Shown one piece after another: positions 51,633 to 64,000 of a DNA stretch of 64,000 bases. A program made the position numbers and the translations under genes. This DNA is from Octopus sinensis (lineage: Eukaryota): contig NC_042998.1 of NCBI RefSeq assembly GCF_006345805.1, positions 136,772,001-136,836,000 of the forward strand, read 5' to 3'. Every line of letters begins with the position of its first letter. The stretch's first letter is position 1. Under the pieces are notes generated by a model that was given only the letters and a program-made list of their open reading frames with translations, was not told where the DNA came from and did not search any database.

Positions 51633-52271
51633 CACACACATCACACAATCATATACATTGATATGTATGTAACCAATAAAAATATGTACTCTACATGTAA
51701 GTGTGCTGCCGTGTGTACGACTCTGGTTATTTTTTATATGTTTCTAAAAGTTTTCTCTAAAAAGGAACCAGATTCACAGCTTTGTTTAAAAAATTATATT
51801 GAAATATATCAGCAGGAGTCATAAATTTTTTCACGATTAAATTTATACTGTTTATTTAAAAACTAAATTGGAACGCAACTGGAATCTTTCTGTGAGTCTA
51901 ACTGCATAAAATATAGCTTCTATGTTCGTTTTGTGCATTTGTTATCATCATGTCTATGTATAAATGCATGGAAATATATTTATACGTACTCTAAAATATG
52001 TACCTTTCTATTTATTTATGTATATATGGGTATAAATGTATATTTGAATATTTTGATTGAAAAAAAAATGATACGGAGAATTGCCTAGGTACGCTTTCGT
52101 TGTTTAAATGCAAAAAAGTATTTAAGCACAAAAATTAAATTACTGTATACCTGTCTGTGTAAAAAAAGTGTTAAAGGATGAAAGATTTAGAGACGATTTA
52201 AAATAAAGAAGCAATTTCTTAGGAACAAAGTGAAGTAAAAGAGAGAAAGAGAGATATACCAAAGAAAGAAA

Positions 52272-52328
52272 CTACTACTACTACTATTACTACCACCACC
52301 TCCACCACAACCAATAAACCCACCACTA

Positions 52329-52391
<63 letters not shown>
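52272..52391. repeat. (ACT)n/(ACC)n microsatellite
   Basis: Direct inspection. Confidence 0.9.
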
Positions 52392-53441
52392 AAGAAGGAT
52401 CGGTGAATCCAATATCAAATTTACTAGATTTTTTACTTTTAAAGCAAGTCAGCCCCTAATCTAGACTACCTCCAAACAAACTCTTTTCATGGAAATCTTG
52501 GATTTGAATTCAGCACTGCAAAGTGAAATATTCACCACTTATTCGAAGATAAGCTACCTGAAGGAATTCGTTATATTTCTACAAGGTAGTAAGTAACTTA
52601 CAGCTAGACGCTGTAGGTCAGTGACATTTAAATGGCTTGACTATAGATAGACCGCAGTCACAATGAATGGGCAATAAAGTGTCGATACTCGGTGTGCAGG
52701 TGAATGAATACGCAACCAATTCGACTGCTCTGTAACTCTCATTGGAGGATGAAACTTAAGAACAAGGGCCAGAAACTCAGAACTGATCGAGAATTAAGAA
52801 AGAATGATTTGCAAGAGAAAGGAAAAAAATAAGAAAAAGAAAGAAGAGAACAGATAACAAGCTTGAGAAGAATGAAGAGAAATGAGAAGAAAAGATAAAA
52901 GTATATTTGGTGTGAGGGAAGAACAGAAATTTAATCTCAGCCCGATCCTTCCAAAACATGCTTGACTGCACCAATGGCGTTCCTTATACCTTGCTACTAA
53001 TACAGTAGCTGAATATCTATCAGCTTTGTGTCGCCATTAATCTGATTTATAGAGCATTTGGTGTTATCTCCGATTAGTGTCAAGAGGTTATTACTTGTTG
53101 GCCATTCGTTGTTTTATCTATTACTTGACAAAGACTTTACAGAAGACAAAAAGTTTCAAGTTTTGTCGCTGAGTTGATTAAACTATGTTCCAGAAGCAGG
53201 TTTATAACGAAGGAACTTTTGCATCCGTTTGACATTAGTAAATAACAAAGAAGAAACGAAAGAGTAACAAAAGCAAATGAAAATATAAACACGACTTCAC
53301 TAAAAATTTCGCCATTTGACCGGGATGATAATAACAAGATTTGGAAATAAAAATTTCTCATTTTCGAAAAACGGTACAGCGTTAATACTCATCATCTGTG
53401 TCAGTGTGTAATATCCATACATAAACACATACATACATACT

Positions 53442-53526
<85 letters not shown>

Positions 53527-54477
53527 ATACATATACGTACACATACATAGATAAACATGTGTGTGTGTGTATATAATAACTTTTCTATTTCGCTGAGTCT
53601 GTAAAAATATGACGTGAACATTTTATTATTAATAATATCATCTTTATCTGTATTATTCTTAAGCATTCAGTAAGCAAATATTTATCTTGTAACAGAAATC
53701 ATTAAGAAATAAAATACACAAAATAAATAAAGATTATTAGAAATTGAATAAAAAAAGGAAATAAAAAGAAACTTTTGCATGATTTCTTTTTTAACTTTCA
53801 GTTGCTCTGGAGTGTAATGCTTATTATTGTTTTAACAGTGCTTTGTTTGCTTTCCAGCAGTTTTTTTTAAAATCAGTCATATGTAATGCCAATCTTAGTC
53901 TAAATCAACATGTGACTTCCACCTAGCCTCGGAACAACCAAAACATTGTAAGAGCAATTTGGTAGATAGAAACTATGTGAAAGACCATCCTCGGATGAAA
54001 GACTTAATTTAACATCATCATTATCATTCGCAACCCTTAGAATTATGTCCGAGCCCTAGGATTCTTCGGGCTGGATACTCGGTTTCCACAGTATATGAGT
54101 AATCGAGATCACATTTTCCTTGAACAAGATGCCAGTCTGCAGCAGGGTAGACTAGAGCAATGAGAAATGAAATGTTTTTCTCAAAAATAAAACACACCTC
54201 TCGATCCAGAAGTCGAAACTACGATCTTCAGATCATGAGTGCAACACACTAACCAGTAGGCCATGCGCCTCCCTTAATCCATCTCGCGGTTTAATACCAT
54301 CAGCGGCCCTTTAGTGGTACATTTAAAGGAGTGCACTTATTGTAAGCATTCGGGGGACAGGTTTTCAGTTAAAGGTTGACTGCCTACCTTTCTTCCACTA
54401 ATTTTATGGGCCGTGTTAAACAGATCATGGACGCTGTTCTTCCTCTGAATTATTGAAAAAAAGCAGTAAAGTTGCTT

Positions 54478-54557
<80 letters not shown>

Positions 54558-54799
54558 AGGTGTGCGCGCGTGTGCGCGCTGGCGTGTGATCCCTTCTCAA
54601 CGCATGCTACTGGGGACCTAACATGAATCAACTATGCTGCATTGGTTACATATAACAATTCATTTTGCACAAATCCTTTTGTAAATAATATTAAGTATTT
54701 ATAAGTAATAAGTTTTGATGAAGACAAATCATTTAAACGGACGTAATTTAATGATGGAGAATAAATTGCTTCACATTCAAGGCCTTTGTAACTATATTA

Positions 54800-57086
54800 C
54801 AATGGAGAACATGTTTTTGTTGTCTGGTCTTGGAGACCTGTTTCTTAATAATATTAGGGTGCTGATTTCAAAACTAAAATCCATTTTACTCTATCACGTC
54901 AAACGGAAATGCCCATTTTTCAACAGCTCAGGTATTGTCCCCATTTCTAAGGATAGATTTAGCATCATCAAATGTAGACCTATGTATGGAGCTTTGACGT
55001 AACTGAAAACATAGTTTTCCAATATCATTTAAAGCAAATGCAACTACAAATGGCAAACAAAAGTCACGATTTAGGTATCTTCAGTGAATAAAAACCATCA
55101 AATTCAAGCAGCTTTCACTATTTTCCATCTAACCAGCTTAAAATGTGAAGATGATGACAGAAATGTCCTTTATTTAATGAGATGTTAATTAAAAAACACG
55201 TTTCTGTGATCTTTACATAATGTATGTCTCGTATTTGTGGAATTTGTTTGCAGATACGCCCACGCTGTGCTTGATTTAGAGTGTGACTATCATTGCAAAC
55301 CAGGTGAGACAAATTTAATTGAATCTTTAACTATTTCTTATAGTAGAGGCGCAATAATCCAGTGGTTAGGGCAGCGGATCGTGGTTTCGGGTCCCAGACT
55401 GGACGTTGTAAGAGTTTATTGAGCGAAAACATTTAAAGCTCCCCGAAGATCCGGCAGGGGGTGGTGGTGGTGAACCCTGCTGTACTCTTTTACCACAACT
55501 TTCTCTCACTTTTTTTTCCTGTTTCTGTTGTACCTGTATTTCAAAGGGCCAGTCTTGTCACACTTTGTGTCATGCTGAATCTCCACAAGAACTACGTTAA
55601 GAGTACGCGTGTCTGTGGCGTGCATTAGTCACTTGCAGGTTAATTTCACGGGCAGGCTGTTCCGTTGATTGTATCAACTGGAACCCTTGTCGTCGTAACC
55701 GACGGAGTGCCGCAGTATTTCTTATGAAAATTGGCATTTTGAATGCACCCTTAATATTTTAACTGTGAGGTCATATGGGTCAACGTCACTTTTTGCCAAG
55801 TATTCTCAAATAACTGTAGAAAAAACTTCATGACACATGTACGCTCTTTGCCATCAGCAGTTAATAATTCAGAAAATGCTTTTCCTAGATAACAACTGGT
55901 TTGAATATGTTTTTTCTTTCAGAAATATCGCCAGTTGTGAGAGAAGAAAATGCAAATACAGTCCCGATGTTTTCTGCTTTATTTCTGGATGTTACACTTT
56001 ACAGATTTTGCGAAAAAAGCGTACCTTACTTACTTTGGTATGAAAATAGGTGATCGAGTTGTGCACCTCATACAGAGTGTAAAACATGTGCTGAAACACT
56101 GAGACAGGGACTATTTCCAATACATTAGCAAAAAGCTTCCAATTTTGTCTTGTGAGAAACTTAAGGTTAGTATGATTGACGGATCACAAGTTAGGTGATT
56201 ATTGCAGGACGCGCAGTTTTTGGAGACCATGTCTGGCGTTGAAAAAAAAGCAACGAATGCTTTACTGCAGCTGTGTCTTTTTCGGGGAAACAGAAAGTCA
56301 TCAAATTCTGAAGAATTTCTGCAGACCCTCTTAAACCAATTTTCAAGCACTGAGCTGCAACATGAATGCAAAAGTGTATTTCCTTCAGAGTCATCTAAAC
56401 TACTTTACTGAGATTCATACTGCAATACGTGATGATCAAGGAGAAAGATTCCCCCAAGACATCGGGACCATGGAGACTAGTTATAAAGACAGGTGGAACA
56501 CAAACGTAATGGCTGACTACTGCTGGTTTCTGACTACTGCTGGACTACTGCAAAAAGACTGCCTTGATGCAAGTTATTCACGCAAAGCAGCAAAGAGAAA
56601 GTTCACTAATTGAATTGCTGAAACTCCAGTTTGACAGAAATATCTATCCTGAAATGTGTAATTAAAAGTTTTGTGCAACATATTTGTTAAACAAAAAGAG
56701 CACTATTTGGTTTGTGTGAGTTTCTTATTTCAGTATTTAATGGCGAAATCGACGTTTTTATAAAAAAATAAATTCTTGTTTTACAAAAAACTTCCCGAGG
56801 GCATTTCTGAACCCAGCACCACCAAATTAGGTAGAACTATTGTAAAATGCAAGACATCTATTTTTTTTTCGAAATTGTTCCCTGGTATTATCAATAAAAT
56901 ATTAAAACATCTGACCAGCCCTATTACTTACGAACAAACAATACAAATGTGCTTATTCAGAGAGTAAGCTATAGAAAATAATCATGGTGTGATAGAAGAA
57001 AAGTGACTGTAGTTTTGAAATCAGTATGCCAATCTTAGTCTAAATCAAGTGAAATAGCGAACTGAACAGAAATTATGTTCCTTGTG
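54800..57086 (+). mobile_element. Chapaev3-like (CMC) DNA transposon, internally deleted
   Basis: Transposase remnants CKYSPDVFCFISG, APHT.CKTCAETLRQ, KLKVSMIDGSQVR, FRGNRKS, AKVYFLQSHLNYF..DQGERFPQDI..ME..Y..RW...MADYCW; exact 15-bp subterminal IR CTGATTTCAAAACTA (54862-54876 and 57010-57024); right end GTG. Superfamily assigned from recalled motifs. Confidence 0.7.
55342..55715 (+). mobile_element. tRNA-derived SINE family 3, near full length, inserted in the Chapaev3-like element
   Basis: GAGGCGCAATAATCCAGTGGTTAGG head, 3' end GTCGTCGTAACCGACGGAGTGCC, 10-bp TSD TATTTCTTAT (55332-55341 and 55716-55725). Confidence 0.85.
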
Positions 57087-57852
57087 TTTTCAATGATTAA
57101 CATTTGATTAATGCTATGGCTATATTATAAGGTAATTTGTCTCACAATACAAATTGGGAAAAGCTTTCTATATACAATAATAAATTCCAACAAAGATAAA
57201 AGTTCGCTTTGTATTGTGCAAATTCTCTAAGATTTATTATAAATTTTCACCCGAGAGACAAGATTCTTTAGATAAATAGCTAATGCGAGAAAAAGAGCGA
57301 GTGAGGTGTGGTGTAGGCAGACCATAATTAACTTTAGTATCAGAATTTGAAATCGGTTTAGGTGATTAAGAATATTGATAAAGAGATATTTAATTGTCCA
57401 GTTCTCGGTCGTCAAATATAATTAAAGTTATATTACTGCGATAGCATAATTTTTAAAAAACAAATAAAATTAGAGTGAATCATTATCAGAATTTCTTTCT
57501 CCAAAGTCTTCCGGTTTATTTACGCAATGGAGTTCGTGCCAACGGCGGATGTGGAACTAAATGACTATATTGTTTGTTTTGTAACTCGAGTTTCTGAGTT
57601 CGAGCCTTGCATAGACACTTGGTATGGTAATTTTTGATTTCACAGCACTAAATATTCAGTCAGCATTCCAGTCTATTAATATTACTCTGTATATATTTAC
57701 ATGCAGTATTCAATTGCGTGTAATTTATGTGTAATATCTCATTATTTTTACTTTTAAGTATTGATAACTTGAATTTTGAAATCTATGTCACACACACACA
57801 TGCACACACACACACATACATACATACATACATACATACATACATACATGCA

Positions 57853-57937
<85 letters not shown>

Positions 57938-59273
57938 TGACTAACTGCATTAAATTTGCTAACTCTAACATTATTATTGTTTTTCATGCAACACTTAGTC
58001 TCTAATTCTCTAATAACATCTGCTATTCTACGCCAAACAATATACAGTCTTGCAAATCTATTTAGTATTTTCTATGAAAACTACCCCGGCAAATATTGCG
58101 ATTATTTATTCATTTATGCGATTCACTCTCAAGGCTGTGGCCATGCCGAGGCACAGAAATCTGTAGTTAAGTAATATTAAAATGTTTAATACACCCTTAT
58201 ATTATTTAGTTATTATGGTTAGTACAAAAAACAAACTCCGAACGAGTTACAATATCATTATAAAATCATTCTAGTTCTATACAGTTTGAGTTCACATTCC
58301 GCCATAATCAACTTGACCTTTCATCCTATCATAAAATATAGTGTTAGTTAAAGTACAGAAATCCATGTAATCACTTTAACCCTCTCCCTCAGAAGTCCCG
58401 GTCTTGTGTTCATATTGGTTTCAAATTTTGGCACAAGGTCAGAAATTTCGGAAGTACTTGTCTTATTCATCCCGAAAGGATGAAAAACGAATTCGACCAC
58501 GTCAGAAATTAAACTCAGAACGTAAAGACGCACCATATGCTATTAGGTATTTTGTTTGGCGTGCTAATGTTTCGACTATCCCGCCGCCTTTCTCGTGTTC
58601 TTTATATTCTAAGTTCAAGTTCAAATTATTATAAAATCATTCTGGCTCTTTTTATTTTGAGCTCAAATCCTATCGAGATTATAATTGCCTTTCATCCCTC
58701 TGGGGTCATAAAATGAATTATTAGTTCAAGTAGTGGAACTGATGTCATCTACTTAATCATTTCCCCCAGAATACCAGGTCTTGCGCTAACATAAACAAAC
58801 AACTATTCAAAAAAAAAACTCATTCAAGCATTGTCCTCGCCGAACTTTCCCAAAATATTTTTAAGGAAAATACTAAATGATGGAAAACAGCACACTAGTA
58901 GGCATAAAAAAATGAGTAGAAATGTTTAGAGAAATGTTTAGAGAAATAACTCAAAGACACCGTCCGCATGAAAAACAACAAAGGTTAAGTTAGTGTAAAC
59001 AAATTTAATGCAGTTAAATTAATGTTAACATATATATATATATATATGTTAACTTTATATCATTGTTTACGGTATCTATTTAACAAATACGAATCTAAGA
59101 AATTACATATTCAATTAAAAATAAATATAAGGAAGCTCATTATTTAAAAGCATCACAGTTTTAAAGAAATTCAAAGCATTGGCCCTATATGTACTCTACC
59201 AGAGATAGTTCAAGCTACTACAAGAAAGCAGTTTAATGTTGGGTAAAGCCACGCAAATATTCATTTGTTATGA

Positions 59274-59490
59274 AGGCGGCAAGTAGGCAGAATCGTTACC
59301 GCACCGGACAAAATTTTCAGTGGTATGTCTTCCGACTATACGTTCTGAGTTCAAATACTGCCGGGGTTGACTTTGCCTTTCATACTTTCGGAGTCGATAA
59401 AATGAGTACCAGTCAAGCACTGGGGCCAAAGCAATCGACTTACCCACTTACCCGAAATTGCTGGCTTTTAAAAAAATTTGAAACAAATAT
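59274..59490 (+). mobile_element. SINE family 1
   Basis: AGGCGGCAAGTAGGCAGAATCGTT...CGTTCTGAGTTCAAAT...GACTTTGCCTTTCATACTTTCGGAGTCGATAAAATGAGTACC. Confidence 0.87.
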
Positions 59491-60525
59491 TTAGTAGTTA
59501 ATTAGGGTGATGAGCTAGCAGAATCGTTTGCACGCCGAGCAAAATGTTTAGCGGCATTTCGTCTGTCTTTACCTTCTGAGCTAAAATGCCGCCAATATTT
59601 AATGTTATCGCACAAGACATATAATGAACTTTGTATAGGATCTTTGTTTGTATTGGGTTAGTTAATTCTTTATTTAGCTCTGGTTCTATATCATCTAAAA
59701 TATGTAAGAAAATAGAAGAGATTAGTATTTGTTAGAAAATACACGCCGAATATAATAGAAAACAATATCAGGACGATATCATGTTATGTGTTCGGTTGTC
59801 AAGAATGTCAATAATGTACAACATTTAAATAGGAGATCAATGATTTAGGTTGCAGACTGTTATCAATTTAACGTATGATTGATGGACAAGTCTTTGATTC
59901 TCGGCTAAAGCCATTCACTTCACTTGCGTCATTCATGCCTTTGATAAACGAATGTATCACAAACAACCTCATTTGTCTTCTATAAATATGATCCTTTATG
60001 TTGATGAGAAATCAATAAGCAGTTAATCTCTGACAAGCACGTTGTTGCATTCAGTGATAAATTCCTGGAAAAGTGACGTGGCTTCAATCCCCTGTCGAAA
60101 TTATTTCAGTTTATTTACACTTATAATACTCTCGAGAAAAGCCTTAAAATGCTACGCTTGCCATTTTGCTTCTCCTAAAATATATGAATTTCATTGGCAT
60201 TTAAAAAATAAATTAAAATAAGGATTTCTGAAGTTGTAAATATGCCAGCACTTTTGGCACAGAGACAAGTAACACTTGAATGTAACTTATTTTATTGATT
60301 CCAGAAGAAAAAAAACAAAGTCGCCCTCGTTGAGATTTAAACCAGGGACATAAATAGCGAAAAGCTAATTACTAATTATATTGCGACGCTCTCGAACCTC
60401 TAACGATCCAGCGCTATCTTTAACTAGACATGAAGGTTCTAGAATTAAAGGAGGGGGAAATAGCGGTTATGACATTTATGCTACTTTTTAAAAAAGGACA
60501 TAAAATGTAGGGGAAAGTATATATA

Positions 60526-60688
60526 GGCGCAGGAGTGGTTGTGTGGTAAGTAGCTTGCTTACCAACCACATAGTTCTGGGTTCAGTCCCACTGCGTGACA
60601 CCTTGGACAAGTGTGTTCTACTATAGCCTCGGGCCGACCAAAGCCTTGTGAGTGAATTTGGTAAACGGAAACTGAAAGAAGCCTGTCG

Positions 60689-60743
<55 letters not shown>

Positions 60744-60880
60744 TCCCCCAACATCGCTTGACAACCGATGCTGGTGTGTTTGCGTACCCTCAACTGAGCG
60801 GTGCAGCAATAGAGACCGATAGAATAAATACTAGGCTTACAAAGAATAAGTCCTGGGGTCGATTTGCTCAATAAAGGCGA
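60526..60880 (+). mobile_element. tRNA-derived SINE family 2, near full length with internal (TA)n(GT)n
   Basis: GGCGCAGGAGTGGTTGTGTGGTAAG...GGGTTCAGTCCCACTGCG...GAAAGAAGCCTGTCG(TA)n(GT)n...GGGGTCGATTTGCTC. Confidence 0.9.
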
Positions 60881-61173
60881 GGCAAATAAAATAAAAGAAG
60901 AAAAGAATAAACCAAATATAAGTTCTGGCTTTATTTCTCATTCGAATCCAATATCACTTATCCAAACTAAATCTTAAGTAATTTAAGATGACCATTTATG
61001 TAGGGCCTCACAACACTGTTTGACAGCATGGATTTATCACTCCAGCGCCGAGCTGGAGTCCGATTGTCTTGGAAAATTTTGCTCCGTATCATCATCCACA
61101 TATGCATTTTACCAAATGCTATCGATCCATATGTAATTACTCCCTTCCGAATGCCCCATCATCTGATTTTGAG

Positions 61174-61215
61174 GACCATATTAGCGAGCCACTTCACTGG
61201 CTCGCTAATATGGTC
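61174..61215. repeat. Perfect 18-bp hairpin, 6-nt loop
   Basis: GACCATATTAGCGAGCCA cttcac TGGCTCGCTAATATGGTC. Confidence 0.92.
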
Positions 61216-62989
61216 TTTGTGGTCTTAGACCACTTTAAGTTGTGGATACATTATGCTTCTATCTCTGTTTGACGAGTAATCTATACAGATCCGATCCACA
61301 TGATCCATTATAGTAGCTACATGTCTTCACTGATACATTTGGGAAACCTGGTCATTACCAGTCAAGCAGTTGGAAGTGCCTGGGCTGGTTTTTAAGGATT
61401 TTGTCTCCGTTACTTCTATGGGTTAACCCTACACTATTCCATTGATATCTAAAATGCAATTCCAATTCTCCACTAGTACTAAGAAGCGGCATATAAGCAC
61501 AAGATCTAAAATCTAGGGAAAGGGGTCTAAGTACTTATCATGGTCTAATTACTTAACTGGTACATTTTTTATCGATCCTGCAGGGGTGAAAGGTAAATTC
61601 ACTTCAGCAGAATTTTAACTCAGCACTGCAACGTATACGAGCTCAGCAAAGTGACTTTAGAATTAAGATGCAGTAGAGATATTATAAAGAGTGATAGATT
61701 GGCGGAATCAATAGAGAAACGGTGAAAATGCCATGTTCTTTATTGTGTTTGACTTTGCCTTCCTTCCGTCTAAGAAAATAAGTCGAGTACTGGGTTCGAT
61801 AGGTTCGAATGCTTCCTTAGATTGCAGTAAGGTTAACTGTTAATGATCACATTTTCTCATAGACAAATCAACTCGCTATTTGTCTTCACTAGGGTATAGA
61901 TAAATAAATACTGAGTACAAGCTGTTATATTGCTTTGGAAATCTTCATAAAGATCGTTCATGAAAATATTGGTTACTAATTTAGACACAAAGCCAGCAAA
62001 TTTGAGGGATGGCCCAAGTATCAACTGGAATTTTATTTTATCGATTCCAAAAAGACAAAAATGAAAGACAAAAAGCGAAATTTGAATTTTAACTTGGAAT
62101 GAAAAAAAAATGAAAGTACCGAGTGGTATTTTAACCAATATTGTACTGAGTTTGCAAACTGGCTGCGTTCAGCCGTTATATTATTAGAAAAGAGTAATGT
62201 TTTCTCGCGCAAAGAATATCTGATCATGTGCCTCACTATTCCGAAATTTATGCTTGCAGTCGGTCATATAAATCCTACCTACATATTACTTCGAGATTGT
62301 GACTATGTGCAAATCAACCATTAAAATTAGCTTTTCTAAATTTCCGTTTCAGTGATTTTGAGTTATAAAAGAGTTTATAGAGGTATAAAAGAGTTTATAA
62401 AAGAGTTTATTTTGAAATGCAATTTTATCTCACTTGTCAGCTAAGTGTCCTAGCTGAAATTTTCTCTGAAAAAATTATTTCTTTACTAATTGATGAAGAA
62501 GTTTAAGATAAATAGTCTATGCTTCTAGGAAACAGAAGGTTATGGCGATGTTATTTCCTCATGAAATCGGACTGTTATGAACTGTAAGTAGGATTTTCAA
62601 ATTATTTGTGACATACGGCTGACAACTTTATTAACCGGAGGAAATAGCATTAATAAATCCAGTTTATTATCACAATGAAATGTATTCTATAGATTGTATC
62701 TGATCAATGTTGTCTCTACTAGAAGACAGTTAAATCTTTTGTTTAACTAGGACAAATGTTGAAGAAATTGATATCATTACTTTCTTGGAAACCAAGCTGT
62801 GGCTTTATAGACGTGAGAAATAGAACTCAAAACATGAAGTAAAGTATTTATATTTTCATTAACCGGGAAGCTAGTTTTGTATCAATGTACGTACGTACAT
62901 ACATACATATAAACATACATACATAGATACATACATTCACATGCATAACAACACTCAACAAAGAACACGATAAAAAAATTCTATTAGCT

Positions 62990-63075
62990 TAACGCTGAAT
63001 GTAAAAACGAAAGATATGTTTGACGTTTCGGGATTAAAATGTGCTTCGTCGGAAATAAAAACACACAAAGACGGA
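62990..63075 (-). mobile_element. PLE pseudo-LTR-like fragment with degenerate hammerhead
   Basis: Minus strand TTT CCGACGA A GCACATTTTAATCCC GAAA CG TC AAA (63019-63055); U4->C and stem II eroded. Confidence 0.4.
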
Positions 63076-63612
63076 GAAAGAGGAGAGAAAGCAGGAGAAA
63101 AAAACGAGAGAAAGCAGAAGAAAAAAAAAGACAGAAAGAAAATGGAAACGAGAATAAAAAAAGATTTGCCCTATTTTTAAAGATATTTTTTATTTTTACT
63201 ATTTTTATTTTTAAAAGTAAAGCCAATATATTAACATGTTGGTGTGTATATATTTCGTACGTGCATTTATGATTATTTTACATAGGCAGGTGCACGTGTG
63301 TATGTTTTGTAAGCATTTGTGTGTATATTTGTACGTATGTGTTTAGTATGTGTGTGCTGATTGCTTGTATGTGGTTGATGTTATATAGAAATCTCAAATG
63401 GGGCACTGCATATTTTTCTATTTCCCTTATCCCTCTTATCCATTTTTCTTCCCTTTCATAAACTTGGATCCTCTTTTGCTTCTTCCTTTGATGCATTTAT
63501 TTTCATTCTAAACTACTTTGCTTGTTTGACTTACGCTTGATTGACTCTGTGTACTATTTACTTGTTTGTCTCCTCTTTACCTAGTTATCTTACTCGTGCT
63601 TTTCTACTAATA

Positions 63613-63700
<88 letters not shown>

Positions 63701-63746
63701 CATGTATGTATGTATATATATATATATACATATACATACATATATA

Positions 63747-63793
<47 letters not shown>

Positions 63794-63955
63794 TTGTAGT
63801 AGATAAATGAATTATCTTATTACGGATAATTCACATGATAACCGATACCTGGGTAGCAAATATCACAACAGAAAAAACACGGTTGAAGTTACGACCATGG
63901 GGCATAAAAACCGTGCCTTAGTGCGGAAATTTGAAGTTTTATATATTAAGTGTAG

Positions 63956-64000
63956 GAAGAAATGGAGCTGAACGAAGATTTAACAAAATTCCTTTATATT
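63956..64000. mobile_element. Start of another copy of the 35008-35156 arm, cut by the window end
   Basis: GAAGAAATGGAGCTGAACG is identical to 35020-35038. Confidence 0.55.

Overview
AT-rich, microsatellite- and SINE-dense animal genomic DNA; the SINE families look like octopus/coleoid cephalopod repeats (inference). The only well-supported host gene is the 3' part of a + strand coiled-coil plus fibrinogen-related-domain (FReD/FBG) gene: exon 43154-43598 splices in phase 1 to terminal exon 48175-48824; the upstream exon(s) are not securely located. Most of the rest is transposon debris: several R4/Dong-clade LINEs, a Tx1/L1 3' fragment, a Penelope-like GIY-YIG fragment, a Helitron helicase remnant, an internally deleted mariner, a Chapaev3-like element and many tRNA-derived SINEs. 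The most interesting signals are: (1) minimal type-I hammerhead ribozyme motifs in at least two repeat families, one a tRNA-headed SINE-like element (20.2, 21.9, 34.7 kb) and one an inverted-repeat element with a canonical core (35675-35754); (2) an R4/Dong family that appears to carry its own (ATAC)n target in its 3'UTR and has nested into itself, followed by a mariner insertion (39150-41660); (3) oppositely oriented copies of that family flanking the coiled-coil exon; (4) three long near-perfect fold-back hairpins (37.5, 49.8, 50.7 kb). All family assignments come from motif recognition by eye, not database searches, and no ribozyme activity is demonstrated.
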